A DNA stretch of 63,793 nt, the filler included, from Folioceros fuciformis (Eukaryota), in assembly GCA_049999805.1 (NCBI GenBank). It is 4 parts of 4 records of this genome, joined end to end, with 100 filler letters (N's around TTAATTAATTAA, not from the genome) between each part and the next. Parts side by side here need not be neighbours in the genome. Positions count along the whole stretch, not along the records: positions 1 to 28,745 come from JBNGIO010006207.1; 3 more parts are not named here. One strand, given 5' to 3'. Each line of letters starts with the position of its first letter. The stretch's first letter is position 1. The notes beneath the pieces are model-generated. The model was not told where the DNA came from. It saw nothing but the letters and a program-made list of their open reading frames with translations, and did not search any database. A program made the position numbers and the translations under genes. Positions 1 to 13,900 of this stretch are shown piece by piece.

Positions 1-1797
1 CTAATGCCCCAATCAGTCTTATATTTTACAATATGTATATCGAGCTAGCTACCAAGGGAGCCAGCCAACCAACCTCTTCGCATGCTCGCATGTTCTCGAC
101 CTAACACGAGGGCTCGGAGGGGGTTTCGTGCAAAGTTTCCATTGCACCAACAGACATATGAATTAATGGAAAGATTGGAAGAGCAGATAAATGGCCGATG
201 TGCCCATCGGGCGGGTAGCACAAGCCATGGCCTATTCGTTGCAATGCAGGAAAAAACGTATTGTTATCTTGCTTAACACATGCATCTGCCATAGCCATGT
301 GTAGCCCCTTAAAATACTAGTAGCCATCGCCTATCCAATGTGGGATCCTCAAGATTGACTCCTCCCTCTCCCTATCTCTATGGGGGATTTTCGATACAGC
401 TTGTAAGAGGATGGAAAGTTTGTCCTATCATGAGTCATCATTTGTGCCTCGTGTTTCACATAAAACAATCAATCAAACAAATAAATGCGGAAATGTTAAA
501 GGGAAAAGGGGAATCCAATTTCAATACAAGTGAATGCCTTAGATTCTAGGTGACACCGCTCCTATTGCGAATACCGCCGGATGTCATAAAAATCCAAGTT
601 CAACAAGGAAAGCTGAAGTTGTCGTTGCAATTGGTGCACTACTGCTCGATTAGTAGAATTGTACTGGACGGTGGAGATGAGGCTCTCCTTCCTAGCTTCT
701 ACTTTCTCCCTGGGGCTAGGGAGGCCCTCACGTTGTGCAATCATGGTGGACAATTGGGATATGAAGTGGCTTTCATACAAGGGCTAACAGCACCTATAAC
801 AACAATCATTGCCCTGAGCTCTCCCAATGCCAAATCTTTGGGCCCTAATCTCCGAAGTCGCTTCTACACAAGGTTCTTTATTTTGTTGCTCTTAAACAAT
901 GCGATGATTTGGCTCGGATGCTCCAACACTCTTCATACAAACTACCACCTACTTTCTTCATAACAAACTTTCCAAAACCTAGTAATTATCCCATACACTT
1001 CGGTTCATTGCCTTGGCCCGCCTCGCTTGCCCACTTAGCAATGTGTGTTGGGTGCTCACCCTTTTAATCTTTTTTGGTTAATCAGTGTTGCTCGCCTGCA
1101 CCTCCATGCTACTTCTCCATACTTTGCATCATTCTTTCCTAAGCCTTGCCTTGATTTAACATGCCCTGCCCTGCCCTACTGAACATGAATGCTTAGAAGG
1201 AGTTTTAAGAATCTCTTGAACTGTGCTATTGAATCTAGGATACCTTATGTTTGTGGAGACTTGCAAGAATCGAGAGTTATGCGTCTCAACTGGAAACAAT
1301 AGCCAATGAACAATGCTAGCGATAGTAGGATGGGTGGAGAACATAATCAAGCATGACGAAGACGGACATCCATGGGCATGGAATCAGATAGCCCACACAA
1401 GCAATGGCATTGATGATGAGTTCATCATCCATCCTTGGTCCCAACCGCATCACTTCAATATGCACTATGACGAGTAAACTCCCCCTTCTGGCCTATATGG
1501 AAGACATTGATTTGGCTATGCAATTTGCTACACACACATAAAAACAACAACAGGATATGCGGCCTTTAGAAATATCCATCTCACCTCCCATATCTCTACT
1601 TCCTCTTTCCACAATTACTTGGCTTTTCACTTTCCCTTAAGGGCTTGGGCTTAGGCGTGAGCCGGCCTAACTAAGCGGGGTGAGTATGGGTATAATACTG
1701 GGGCGGCTCATCACATCACAGAGTTGCAATGTAGTATGCCAAGCCCCATTGGCCATGGTGGTGGGTGGTGCAGTGCCATGCCCACATCTTGGCAGGT

Positions 1798-1939
1798 GCG
1801 TCCATGAGTTGCAAGTATAACAACAATCTCTCATCTTATTTTCAGCGTCCATGAGTTGCAAGTATAACAACAGTCTCTCATCTAATTTTTAGCGTCCATG
1901 AGTTGCAAGTATAACAACAGTCTCTCATCTTATTTTCAG
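1798..1939. repeat. Tandem repeat, 3 x 47 bp
   Basis: Unit gcgtccatgagttgcaagtataacaacaRtctctcatctWattttYa starts at 1798, 1845 and 1892. Confidence 0.9.
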
Positions 1940-2155
1940 AGTTTCACGCTATTCTTGTGCAACAGTTAACACTCATACCATCAAGTTATCTCATTTAGAT
2001 TTAGGGTCTTCGCCCTGCATTATCACTCTCCCATATACATAGCAATAAGTTCGAACTGGTGTTGAGGCGCTCAAAGCCAATCCTGCTCCCCACTTTGTTA
2101 CTGCACAACAGAGAAGCGGAGGATATACTATGTCCTTAGGCTTGCATATTCTCTT

Positions 2156-2398
2156 GCCAATATTATTTTGAGCTCGGTCTAGGTCCCTATCAGTTAAAAA
2201 AAAAAGTTGAGGACTAGAGGTTTGTGATAACTATATAATAATAAAATTTTTAAATAATATATTTAATATTTATTATGTATAATATCGACAGTAAAAAAAA
2301 AAGGAAAAAAAAAAGGGCGATGTCACCGCTCGGTCCCAAGTAAGAAAGCTAGGCGGTCCCGAGGACTTGAAACAGTACTCGGTTAAGCTGACACCCAG
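2156..2398. mobile_element. Degenerate copy of the hAT-like MITE at 24200-24867
   Basis: 2348-2396 gctaggcggtcccgaggacttgaaacagtactcggttaagctgacaccc aligns with gctaggcagtctcaaggactgagatagtactcagtcaaaataataccc at the right end of the 24200-24867 element. Both have an AT-rich core and agctcggt near the left end. No TSD visible. Confidence 0.45.
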
Positions 2399-5300
2399 CA
2401 TCCCAGCCGCGCGTACTGTAGTGTCACATGGCGCGCCGCGATTGTGGTCGCCGAAGCTCAGGAAGGATAGATGCCGTCTAAATTTGGCCGCATGCCGCCT
2501 ATTCGGGCGCATCACACCATGAGGCCATGACGACATTGCGTCCCCGTTTCCCGTTCCCCGTTTCCGTTCCTACTCCCGGCCCGTCACGTCCCCACGTCAG
2601 TCGGATATTGGAGAGGAATCTGCCTGTTTCCTTCCCTCGCCCTCGCCATGCATCTCCACAGTCGCCTCAACGGCCAGACGTTGGTCGCGAATCTCGCTAT
2701 AATTGGGGAATCCAGGCCGGGCAGGGGCAGTCTGCCGCTTCTAGCCGGGCAAGCACTGTCCTGAATCTTCCATTCTTATTCCATTCCCTTGCTCTGTGTC
2801 TGTCTGTGCGGAGCAATATGCAATGCGCAAGGTGGAGCCAAGAACACATACCCCCTTGCCTCTCCTCGCCCCGCCTCGCCTGCCCTCCGCTGGCCTCGGC
2901 GTGGAGAGGTGGAGTTGCAGGAGGGAATCTGTGATGGGCTGAACAGGGCGAGGCAGGGAGAGGGAGAGGCCAACCAGCCTCGCCCGCGAGGGAGGCAGAT
3001 TTGGGTGGGCCCCCGGGTCCCGATCGTGACGCACTTGAAGCGGCCCGGCCCGGCCCTTCCCTGCCACGGCCAGGTGCATGCATGGGCTGGGCACCGCCCT
3101 GCAGTTGGGCTGCCACTGGCTGGCACCATTTCCGAGGGTCGACCACCATTTGTTTTGCCTTATTGCATTTTACAGCATCGCTTTTCTCTCAGACCCGGTC
3201 TAGGACTCAACTCCGACTCGGACTCGCATCGGACCCCCTTCTTCCTCTCCTTTTGTCTCTTCTCCTTGCACCCTTGTGCCGTGCGAGCACAAGCTACAAA
3301 ATGTGTAGAAAACCCCACACAACGCTATCGTAAGGCCCGAGGGAGGCTGAGGGAGAGGAGCCATTAAAATACACCCTCATTGCTCAGCTTGGATCCAGTC
3401 CAGCGCGGTCGTGGGTCTGGAGTCTGGGAACTTCGGCCCACTGGCCGCACCCAAATCTAGGACACGCAAAGGAAAAATCCCACATATAACTTGTCCGGAC
3501 CTGCAAACCCCCTTTCCAACAACTTTCGCATGTATTGTATTTTGTTTAAGCGCCACCTGCGGCACCGACCCATGGGATTGTGGGATTGCATCGTGCTATG
3601 CAGCCTGCTACGGTTCAGGGAGTCGGGGTGAGTATTATAAAGGCGTCAATGATGCACGCAGCAACGCTTGAATCTATGTAACCAACCATATGCCACCTGT
3701 CTTGTCCCTGCTTGTTGCGTGCCTCATCCTCACTTTCACCATAATGTTCACTGTTATCGTCGGTTTCACTATTACCCATGGGGGCTGGGCTTGGCTGGGA
3801 TGCAGAAGATTGCCTCTGCCTTGTACGTGCGGGGCAAGGCTGTGACTCGCCACACGCTGCTGTACTTTTGTGCCAAATCTAGCAACCGTGTCTGTTGGTG
3901 ATTTGTTTGTTTGTGAGGATGAAGATGAAATCAGGGTCGGGCTCGCCCCTGCTGTTGCTGCTGCCATGGCAAACCTTGCCGTTCCGGTGGTTGTTGCCAT
4001 GGCCTGTGTTGATCAGATCATGTCAAAGGACAGGTCCTGCATCCTCCTGCTGCTGTTGCCCTTGCTGCTTTACTCCTGCATACTGGTGGTGGTGGGCTGT
4101 GTGAACGTGGCTTGTGTGTTAGTAATGGGGGCCTCCTTGATTGCCTGGCTTCTGACTATGAGCCGGACGGTGGGCTCCGGGGATTCTGTGCGCATTCCCC
4201 ACAGCCTGCTCCCGGTCCTGGTCCTGGTCCCCGACTCTGGGCCTGGCATTAAAGGCGAAAGCTGCGTCTAACGACGCAGATCTGCCGAGAGCAAATCCCT
4301 CGCACTTCTACCCAGCAGTCTAGTACCCACTCAGGTCAGGTCCAGTCAGGTGGGGAGCTGTGGTGTAGTCAGATCAGGTGAGGTGAGGTCAGGATCCGGC
4401 CCCCGGGAGTGAGGTGGTGCCACTTTCCATGTGACCCGCCCTCCTCCTTGCTCACATCCATGTGATCTGCTGCCTCCTGCTGTTCCTTCTGCTGCCGTAA
4501 CCGTCACTAATGTAGGGCTCTCTCCTCGCACGCGGACTTAGGAGGACTAAGGATAATGTGTGCGCATATTTCCGTGTGTAAGTGTGAAGTGATTGTGAGC
4601 AGTGCGTGAGTAAGGACCAAGGTTGCGTGGGGAACTGCTGCAGTTGCACATCTATACCACACCCCGACGCCTTGGTACTGCCAGTGCCTGCCAGCTTTCC
4701 TCTTTTCTCTACTGTACAGCCCAGCCACACCCAGACAGCCAGCTTGCTCTCGATTGCCTTACCTTACCTTACCTTGCCTTGCCTTGCCTCTCCTCTCCTC
4801 CCCTCTCCTCCTCCACCATTGTTACTGTTGGGATCTGGAGCCTTGATTTCATCAACCTCCATAATCATAAGCTACCTGCTCGCGTGGTCAACCATATATC
4901 AGGGCAGTCTTGCCCACCGATTTGCTTTGCTGCTCACCCTGCCACCTCCCACATGGCTCAGCCCTGCCATGGCCTGCACTGCATGCCAAAGTTTTGCATG
5001 CCAGCTCTATCCATAGTCCTGCAGATGCCTCCTTCTGATTTGTCCTTTCCTCCTCCTTATTGATGCCGCGACTCCTACGCCTGCGTTCTTTTGCCTTTGA
5101 TACTCTTCAGCGACTGATTCCTGCAGGCTGTCATTTGCTTACCTTATATCGTTTGGCTTCTCTCCGTTACGCTCCTCACTTTGTGCGTTGTACGTTAGTG
5201 CGGAAAAGCCCCCTGTGTGTATGTATCCAAGATCTGTACCTTGGCATGGTAGTGTTCTCATCACTAGACCACCGGCGCTTCCGTGGTGACGAGGTCGGTT

Positions 5301-7930
5301 TATGATCCACGAAATGGGTGGTCCAAGCAAATCATGAATTGGTGATCCACGCGATACCATGGCTTTCGATACATCATACTGACAGTTGTTACACATGAAC
5401 GTGCTGGCTAGCATCGGCTATGAACAATTCCAGCTTGAACGACTCCATGCTTGGCAAGAAATTCACCTACTTCATGCATCGTGTAAGGAGGAATAGGAGG
5501 AGGAGAAGTTGGTGAATGTGGGTGAAGGCCATGGAACATGTGACAGGACATAAATTTGGAAGAACTACTAATGCCACCTACGAGTTCCAAGGATTTCTAC
5601 TAGTGAGCCACCGCTGCCCAGTTGTGCTTATCCCTGCGCTTGCAAGTCATCCCCAGATGACACACAAAAAGCTGGCCACAGCTAAGTTCTTTCTTCGAGA
5701 AGTAACCGCACTTGTTCATCAAAAGGTTGCCAGAGCTGCCACTGATCTCCAATCGTCCGGCTCCTCTCGTATTGTAGGCAAGCCAAACAGAGGCATGCAC
5801 AATCTGCTCACCCACATTGGCCACTTGAGCTGATGGTCGTAGATTTTCTGACTTCGTGAGAGACAGAAAGCCATTTCAACATTCAATGATATTCACTTCA
5901 GGTTCATGCCACCTTCCCAAATTCACACTCACATCAACACTTGGCACAAAGGAAAAGGTCACAGTCTACAGTCACAGAGTGAGCGTTTTCAGAGATTGCC
6001 AGACTTAAGCACAAGCATCCCACCGAGAACAGTCAGACCGGAAAGGAACAGTTGTCAGGCAAATGTCTCTTAGGACACAGTCTTTTGTTATTAGGGCAAG
6101 TCAAAAACCACATTGTTTAAGTCCAAGAAAGACTTGTCTCCTACAACCCGGAGAGACATATTCCGATCTAGAAAACCCATGACGGCCAAACAAAAATTGG
6201 TCTGCAAAAGCAACATAAAGAGAAGGGACCTTGCCAGCCACGAAAAGTAATGTCGGGAGGCGAAAGTCATAGCAGCCTTTACCTGCTGCGTCTTGAAGAC
6301 AGTCACACTTTTCCCTGGAAAGCACCACCTGAGTCTAGACCTCTTTTATCATCGCATGTGACCATCAGAAGTGTCTCTCAGTCTGTACGAGATGGGGAAA
6401 TCCACGCGCGAGACATTCCTTCAAGATAGAAAACCGCAAAAACTGTGCCTGCTGCAGCTCTGGAGATGTTCCGGCACACTGAGGGGTCAAGTCTGAGAGG
6501 ACCTGGCACTCGGAATCCGGCGTCCGTATCCAGCAATCCCGGGCCCGTGATTCTGCTCTATTACTAACACATGAGAAGGGGACGATGCTGTAAAGAACTT
6601 GATATGGACACCGTCAAGCCTGCGGGGATAACGCTGGTCCAGATGCTGGAATGAGAAGAAACTCACCCTTGTCAAGGTAGGTAGCTGCAACCGCAATGCT
6701 GCAATAGAGGCTACGCGTTGGAGACATTGGTGGCAGTCGCTGGAAGTTTTCTCATGCCACACCTCGACGAGACTAACTTGTCCTCCACCATCTGAACTCC
6801 CACGCGTGGATGCTTCCTTATGGCTGCTGCAGGGTTACTTCGGAGTTCACACGTACCACAAATCAAGCTTGCGGGCAAAGTTGTGGCTCTCATCCGGAGT
6901 CGCTTGCACCAAGGTGATTCCAGTCCGACCACTGTCAACTTCCCAGGCAGCATAAATGCCTGACGCATTCCTGCTAGCAGAATTCACATGTCAGACACCT
7001 TCCTCACCCACTCAATGGAATCCTTGTCAGATGAACCTGGTTCCCAAAACACTCGCCATTTGAGCGTTGAGCTGAAGGTTCGCAGGTCGTTCTTAACCAT
7101 GTTGCAGGAGAGTGGCCTATCAGACCATGACATCTCACGAGATTTCTAAAGCTCTGATTCCGAGGACTGCAACATGCCAGGGACGATTCTTCTCACAAGC
7201 ATCAGACCGTCAAACCAATCCCACGTCGCACACTGCCGTGAATCCTGCACGATAAGCCCAATCTAAGACTGCCTGTAAACATTCACATCACTGGGCAAAA
7301 TGCTGTAGTGCCGCTGTGTCAGCTGTTACATTGACTTGCGGATGGGTTTAAATTCCACGCCCGATCTGACTCAGCACCACCTCTGCCTGGCTGTCCACTT
7401 GGCAAACGTCTTCTTGCCAACGGGAGCGGTCTTCTTGAGTCCTGCTACTTACCTTGAAAGATGTGGAACAGAATGCACAGTTTCCAGTTCCAAGGCGCAG
7501 GCCTGCACACATATTCCCTGTGATCTCTTTGTTTCCTTCATCCCGTTTGGCATGTCTAGGGACCAGGAGTCTAGATTTCTGTGACGCTGTTGTATGTCCG
7601 AGGATTTTGTGTTGGTAAGAAGCCGCTGTAACGGTGATTCCTTGCTTGAGGGTGGCTTTGAAATTGAGGCGGCGGCAGAGTGTTACCTACGGTGGTTAGT
7701 TGTCAGAGAATTCTCAGTCACGTATCCTGTGTTTCAGGCTCTACAGAGTACATGCAGCAACCAACGAGGTGACCGAGCTGGCTAAGCTTGCAAGTGCAAG
7801 CTGGCCAAGAGGCAAGTTCTTACCCAAGTTTGAGTCCTCGCAATCGCAAAGAAAGGGTGTTTGGGTTTCGCTGGGATGTGGAAATTCGTGATTCTGGTAC
7901 TGCGGTTGCCTACAGGTGAGCAAACGGATC

Positions 7931-9991
7931 ATGGCAACGACTCTGCCATATGTGTTGGAGGCTTCTGTGGACGAGGGGACATCAAACGACTCGATCCAGA
8001 CAGCAGTTGGCATAGATATTGGAACCTCTCACTGCTCTGTAGCAGTATGGCGTGATTCCACAGTGTATCTGCTTCGTAATTCTGCAGACCTTCATCGGAG
8101 TACGTCATCCAACATTCTGTTCAGGGGGCTGGAGGGACCGGATGATATGGGGACAACGTCGGAGCAAGATTGCTTGTCAGGAAATACCATCTTTAATGTC
8201 AAGAGGCTACTGGGCAGATTGGACACAGACCCCGTAGTAAGGAAGAGCTTGAACACTAGCCAGTTTTTCATACAGTCGTTCGACCTGGGAGTTCGTCCAT
8301 TCCTGGGAGCCCTGGGTCACAAGGTGTGGCGTTCCACGACTCCTGAAGAGGTTTTGGCGATTTTACTTGTGGAACTGAAGGCTATGGCAGAAGCAGATCT
8401 TGGCAGAAAAGTTCAAGATGCTGTCATAACGGTTCCTGTATCATTTTCCAGGTTTCAGCTTACACGGATGGAGAGGGCATGTGGAATGGCAGGCCTTCGT
8501 GTCATGCGGTTCGTGCCCGAGCCTACAGCTGTTGCTCTTCTGTATGCTCAAAGACAGCTTAGCAAATTGGGCATTGTCGAAGAGGTCGACCGACCAAGGT
8601 CGGAAAGGTATGAGGAGAAGCAGAAGGGGGACGTCAGTCCTGGTCAGCCACCGGTGATCACCATCCCTGTGGAATCTCCCACCGACAGTGTGGTTCAGGA
8701 AGGGATTAGTGCTGGGGGCGGGCAGGAACAGGAAGTGGAGAAGCTTGCTTTCATATTTAATATGGGAGCTGGACACACCGATGTTGCATTGACAGCAACA
8801 GCTAGCGGAGTGTCACAAGTCAAGGCTATGCTCGGGGATGTGGTGGGAGGAGAGGACATGATCTGGAATCTGGTTCACTTTGTCGCTTCCAAATTGGGTT
8901 TGCAACTCGACGTGGATGATAACATGCACGGCAGGAGGGATTCTGATACAGAGGCTCAGGAAAGTGGGATGAGCCCACGACGATACGGTCGCCTTCCGGA
9001 AACGGCTGGACGTCTGAGATTTGCATGTGAGCGTGCCATGCACCTCCTATCGACAGAAGATCAGGCTGATGTTGTTGTAGAGGATGAGAGGCTACCGGAT
9101 AAGACGGCTACGTTGACCATCACTCGCGCGATGTTCGAGGAAGTGAATGCACCTATTCTCGAGAGATGCGGTGAGCTTGTCCGTCAGTGTTTGCAAGCTG
9201 CTCAGGTACGGAATCATTCTTCCAGCTGTTTCCTGTCCCTCAGTTGTGAATTTGTCCCGTAGACCTCCTCGCTCCGGGGTCCTCGCTCACAAGGCTTGTT
9301 TGTGCACTACGTTGGTATTTTTGGCTTCCTGAAGGTCCAACCAGAGGCGGTAAGCGATGTCATCCTTGCTGGGGGTTGTTCTGCAATCCCAAAAATCCAT
9401 TCCACACTCGAGGACATCATGCATGGCAAGAAGTTCTACCAGGAGATGGACTCTCTAGAGGCTGCAGTACGAGGAGCGGCCATCGAGGGGGCCATCACTT
9501 CCGGCTTGTCAGACACGTCAGGAGCTCTAGACCTGCTAGCCATTCAGGCAGTACCACGGACCCTGGGTATCCAAGGAACAGGGGGGGAGTTCCTCCCAAT
9601 ATTGACTCGCAACTCCACCATCCCCACCAGAAGAGACATCGTGGTGACTACCACGAGAGCCAACCAGGCAGAGGCTTTGATCATGGTGTTCGAGGGCGAG
9701 CAGAAGCAAGCTAGAGATAACCATCTGCTGGGCTTCTTCAAGGTCTCCGCCATCCCGCCAGCACCCAAGGGTGTGCCCTTGATTAGCGTGTGCATGGACG
9801 TGGATGCTACCAACGTTGTGAGAGTCGTGGCTGGTGTCTACATGCCTGGCTCAGATGTTCCTGCAGGAAATCTCACCGAGGTCAGAATGCCCACTGTAGA
9901 TGACGGCCAGGCTTGGTGTTCCGATGCCATTGCCAAGAAGTTTGCCGGCACACTCGATGTCGCACCTGTTGTACCTCAGAGCTCTCGTTAG
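7931..9991 (+). CDS. HSP70-8: Heat shock 70 kDa protein 8-like (HSP70T-2 clade); exons 7931-9205 and 9335-9991
   Basis: Motifs GIDIGTS, TPEEVLAILLVELK, TVPVSFSRFQLTR, PEPTAVAL, IFNMGAG, VILAGGCS and C-terminal EVRMPTVDDG match the plant HSP70-8 clade. GT-AG intron 9206-9334 joins the two ORFs in phase 0. Confidence 0.92.
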
Positions 9992-10954
9992 CAACCCGAT
10001 CGGGAGAAACCAAATAGTATACAAGCCTACAGCAGATTTTGTTGGATATGAGTTTCTGTAGTGGAACAAAGTCTTGGTGGACTTCCAAAGCCATATGATC
10101 CTCTGTCGCAAGGTACCACCGTCAACAGCCCTGCTGCACCAAAGTTCTGGACGCCAGACCTTGAGCACCTCACTCCATCCTCGCGCACCACAACCTTTAG
10201 TCCAATAGAGAACACGCCACATCCTCCGCTAAAGCGAACCCTGATATGTCATGCTCAAAACCAACATTCCTTGCCTACACCCCCGACACCCTATCACAGA
10301 ACAGCAAGAAGGATGAGAGGGCACAAAGCTCCTCTATACCCGCCACATTATTTCTCCCGAGATTTATTGCCATTTTCAGTATCAGTAACCTTAGTATTGG
10401 CCCTGTTCCCTCTCGCCCCCAAATCCCACATGGCTTGGAGAACGTACTCAGCGACAGTAATTAAACCCCCCCTTGATCAAACGGATATGTGATCACCACA
10501 AAAGCCCTAAGCAGGTGTTGCAGTCATTTCTCATCCGTGAGGCAAAATCTCCTGGCTTGATGGAGGGAGGAACAGTGCACTTTGGAAATGAAAGCTTTTT
10601 GAACGGGTCGATTCGAGGTACAGTGACATAGTGATAAGAGTCTCTTCCAAGCCTCAAAGCTGTATCCTGGTACGCCTATCAGGAACCTCAGCAAGAAGCT
10701 GAACGGTGAATGTCTTCAATTGTTCGGCTTGCCATCCCGTTGACACGGGAAGCTCTCTCCCAGGTCTGACAACACTATTACGTTTTTTATTTTGGAGCAT
10801 TTGGAAGGTTCGATCATGTAGACCAAAACTCTGGAAGAAGCCAGCATTTCGCCATCCCACAATGGATTTTCCGCCTCTGCAAGCGAAGAGAGTACGTCCC
10901 TCCTCTGAGGACAGCTGCAATACTGAATGCGGTCTCTTGAGATGTGTGAGGTGG

Positions 10955-13900
10955 TCACGACGCATCGGCCTTGGCCTTGGCCTTGCCCAGATTTGCAAGG
11001 GCAGCATATGCACCGTTGGGCTTCACAATCAGCTCGTCATGGCGACCTTGCTCTGCAATACACCCGTTTCTCACCACAACAATCAGATCTGCATTCTGTA
11101 TTGTGGATAGCCGGTGGGCTATTACCACAGTGGTACGGCCTACAGCCACACGGTCTAAGGCCTCCTGCACAAGCCGCTCGGATTCGCTGTCAAGTGCACT
11201 GGTTGCTTCATCCAACAACAGTATCGGAGGGCGCTTCATGATAGCTCGTGCGATGGCTACCCTTTGCTTCTGCCCACCAGACAGCTGAATCCCTCGTTCT
11301 CCCACCAGGGTGCTGTAACCATCAGGCATCTCCGAGATGAATTTGTGGGCGTTGGCAGTCACAGCTGCAGCTTCTACCTCTTCTTGAGAGGCACTCGGGC
11401 CATTTCCCTGCTTCCCGTATTGTATGTTGGCCCTGACGGTGTCGTTGAAGATGACAGGCTCTTGGCTCACTAATGCCAACTGCTGCCGGTACCAACGGAT
11501 CTGCAGCTCCTTGATGTTCACGTGGTCGAGCAAAATCGCGCCGGAATCCGGGTCATAGAACCGCTCCAGCAAAGCAATCACAGTGGACTTCCCACTCCCA
11601 CTCTCACCGACAATAGCCACTGTCTGTGGGAAGCACAAACGACAAATGATGAGTGATGCATGTGAAATGCTCACCTTCGACTAATTGCTGCTTGCCGCTT
11701 TGAAGTACCTTCCCCGCTGGCACAACCAGAGACAGTTTCCGGAAAATTGTAACTTCAGGTCTCGAAGGATACGTGAAAACAATGTCCTGAAGTTCAAGAG
11801 TTCCTTCAACCGACTGTAAAACCTTTCCTTCCTTGATCTCTGGGTCAATTTTGGAACGTTCATTCAAGATCCCAAAGATGGAGCGGACTGCTGACTTGAC
11901 TTTTCCCAGATCTGGAGCCAAAGTCATAGTAGATGCAATGGTCGTAGCGCTCAAAGCTACTGCCAGGAAAACCTGCATCCACAAGACAAACCAGCTTTCG
12001 AGATCATAAGCCAGACCAGAAGAGAACTGCAAGGAAACACCAAACATGGATAAGGTTGCGGTTGATAATATCTCATGCTGCAACATACCCGAAACACTTT
12101 GTTGTATGTTGTCTTCCCGTCTCTGACTAGACGAGAACCGTACCAGAAACTAAGAGCGTAAGCGGAGAATAAGGCAAGCTGTGCCAGGCCAAGGCCTAAT
12201 CCAGTCACAAAGCCTTGATTGATGCCATTTCTCTTGGGAACTTCGATTTTAGCTTGATACTCCCGTACTACCTTGTTCTCGGCGCAGAAAGAAGCCACAG
12301 TCCGAATACTGCCAACAGCATCGCATGCCATCTGACTGGCCTCTTCATATTGTTCCTGTTTGCGAGAACAAACAAATCAGAAAATTAAAACAATGCATTC
12401 ACGGTACTTGAAGCTTGACAAAATGAGGATGCCAGTTTCTTCTGAACCTGAGCTCTTCCGGCGTATCCTTTTGTTCTGTTGAATTGACCCACAGCTTGAA
12501 GGCCAAACAGAGGCATGATGGCTAACACCACCAACGTGAGCTGCCAGTTCGCCAATAAGCCAACGACGATGGCCGCGACAAGAGTGGTTGAATTTTGGAC
12601 AAGAATCCCCAGTGCCTCTGCCACTATACTCTGAATAAGAGACGCATCAACTGCTAATCGGGCACTGATTGCTCCACTGATAAAGACCACAAAAGACTGT
12701 CATGGAACCCACCATTTTAGACATTTTAGTGCCCATCAGCTCCAATGCAGAACAAGAACTTACCTCGTATTCTTTGCATCATCAAACCAGCTGATGTCTT
12801 GCCTGACAATCCTGTCAAACATCAATCGCCGGACTGTTCGTGTAAGCTGATGTCCCATCACAGATAAGCAGAATCTGCCAGCTGGGCCAAAAAGGGCAAG
12901 CGCTACGCCCAAAACTAGGAACATGGAAGCCCAGAAATTGGCCTTTTTGCGCACTTCATGGGGGTCGGGGTTGAAATAGACTGACACAACTTGAGCCAGA
13001 ACCACGGCTGTAACTGGAGTACCAAGCCCATACAGAACGGAAGTAAAGCAGCCGAACAGTCCAAGTAGCTTTCCACTTTTGCCAAGAAGACCTGCAAGAC
13101 GGAGGATAGAACTGTCCCTCTGTCTAACCTCTCCGGTCTCCAAGTCACCACCCACGTCTCTTTCTCCACCCCAAAGGGATGCCAGCAAGCCCTGACTCTT
13201 GGAGGTCTTCCTATCATCAGGCTTGGAGCTCCCTTTCCTGTTGTGTAAATGATCAGAGATAATTAAGAAAACCCAGTCTCAAGCAGAGGTTAGCGTGCAC
13301 AACCATACCTGGAAGAATTTGATCTCCATGATCCCGTGCTGTGTGAACGGTCAATGACCCCAGAAGAGAGCACCTCATCATTGTCAATACCAGGCTCCTC
13401 CCTTTCATCCACGTTACTCAACTCCTGAAGGTGCACCAGCTTCGCGTAGGTCCCACCTTCGTTCCTCAGAAGATTCACATGCGTCCCTGCAAGCGACCCA
13501 CATGAATCATGTTTTGCTCCACAAGAATTACTGTGCATACCTTCAGCCATGTTATTGGTCCGATGCCTAGCTCTACATAGGAATCGATGTAGGAACTGAC
13601 CCAATTCAATAATTTTTCCCTGATGTACCACTGCAATCATGTCTGCATGACGGATGGTGGAAAGCCGATGGGCGACCACGACTGTTGTCCGATCTTTCAT
13701 GAGCCGGTCCAAGGCTTCTTGCACCGCGCGCTCTGATCGTGTATCTAAAGCACTTGTTGCTTCATCGAGCAGAAGTATCTTTGGATCTTTCAAAATGGCT
13801 CGTGCAATAGCCACCCTCTGTTTCTGGCCACCTGACAAGTGAGTGCCATGCTCTCCGACCTGAGTTTCGTAACCCTGACACGACAAAGTCCATGTGAGCT

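Noticed and set aside
1..1700. Short ORFs and a stop-riddled minus-strand frame
   Set aside because: No recognisable domain; may be a decayed TE, but this cannot be supported from the sequence.
2527..3367. Several overlapping 110-190-aa ORFs
   Set aside because: GC-rich low-complexity DNA open in many frames on both strands, with no protein motif.
3870..4271. Hydrophobic 133-aa ORF
   Set aside because: Hydrophobicity comes from TG/CTG-rich simple sequence; no family signature.
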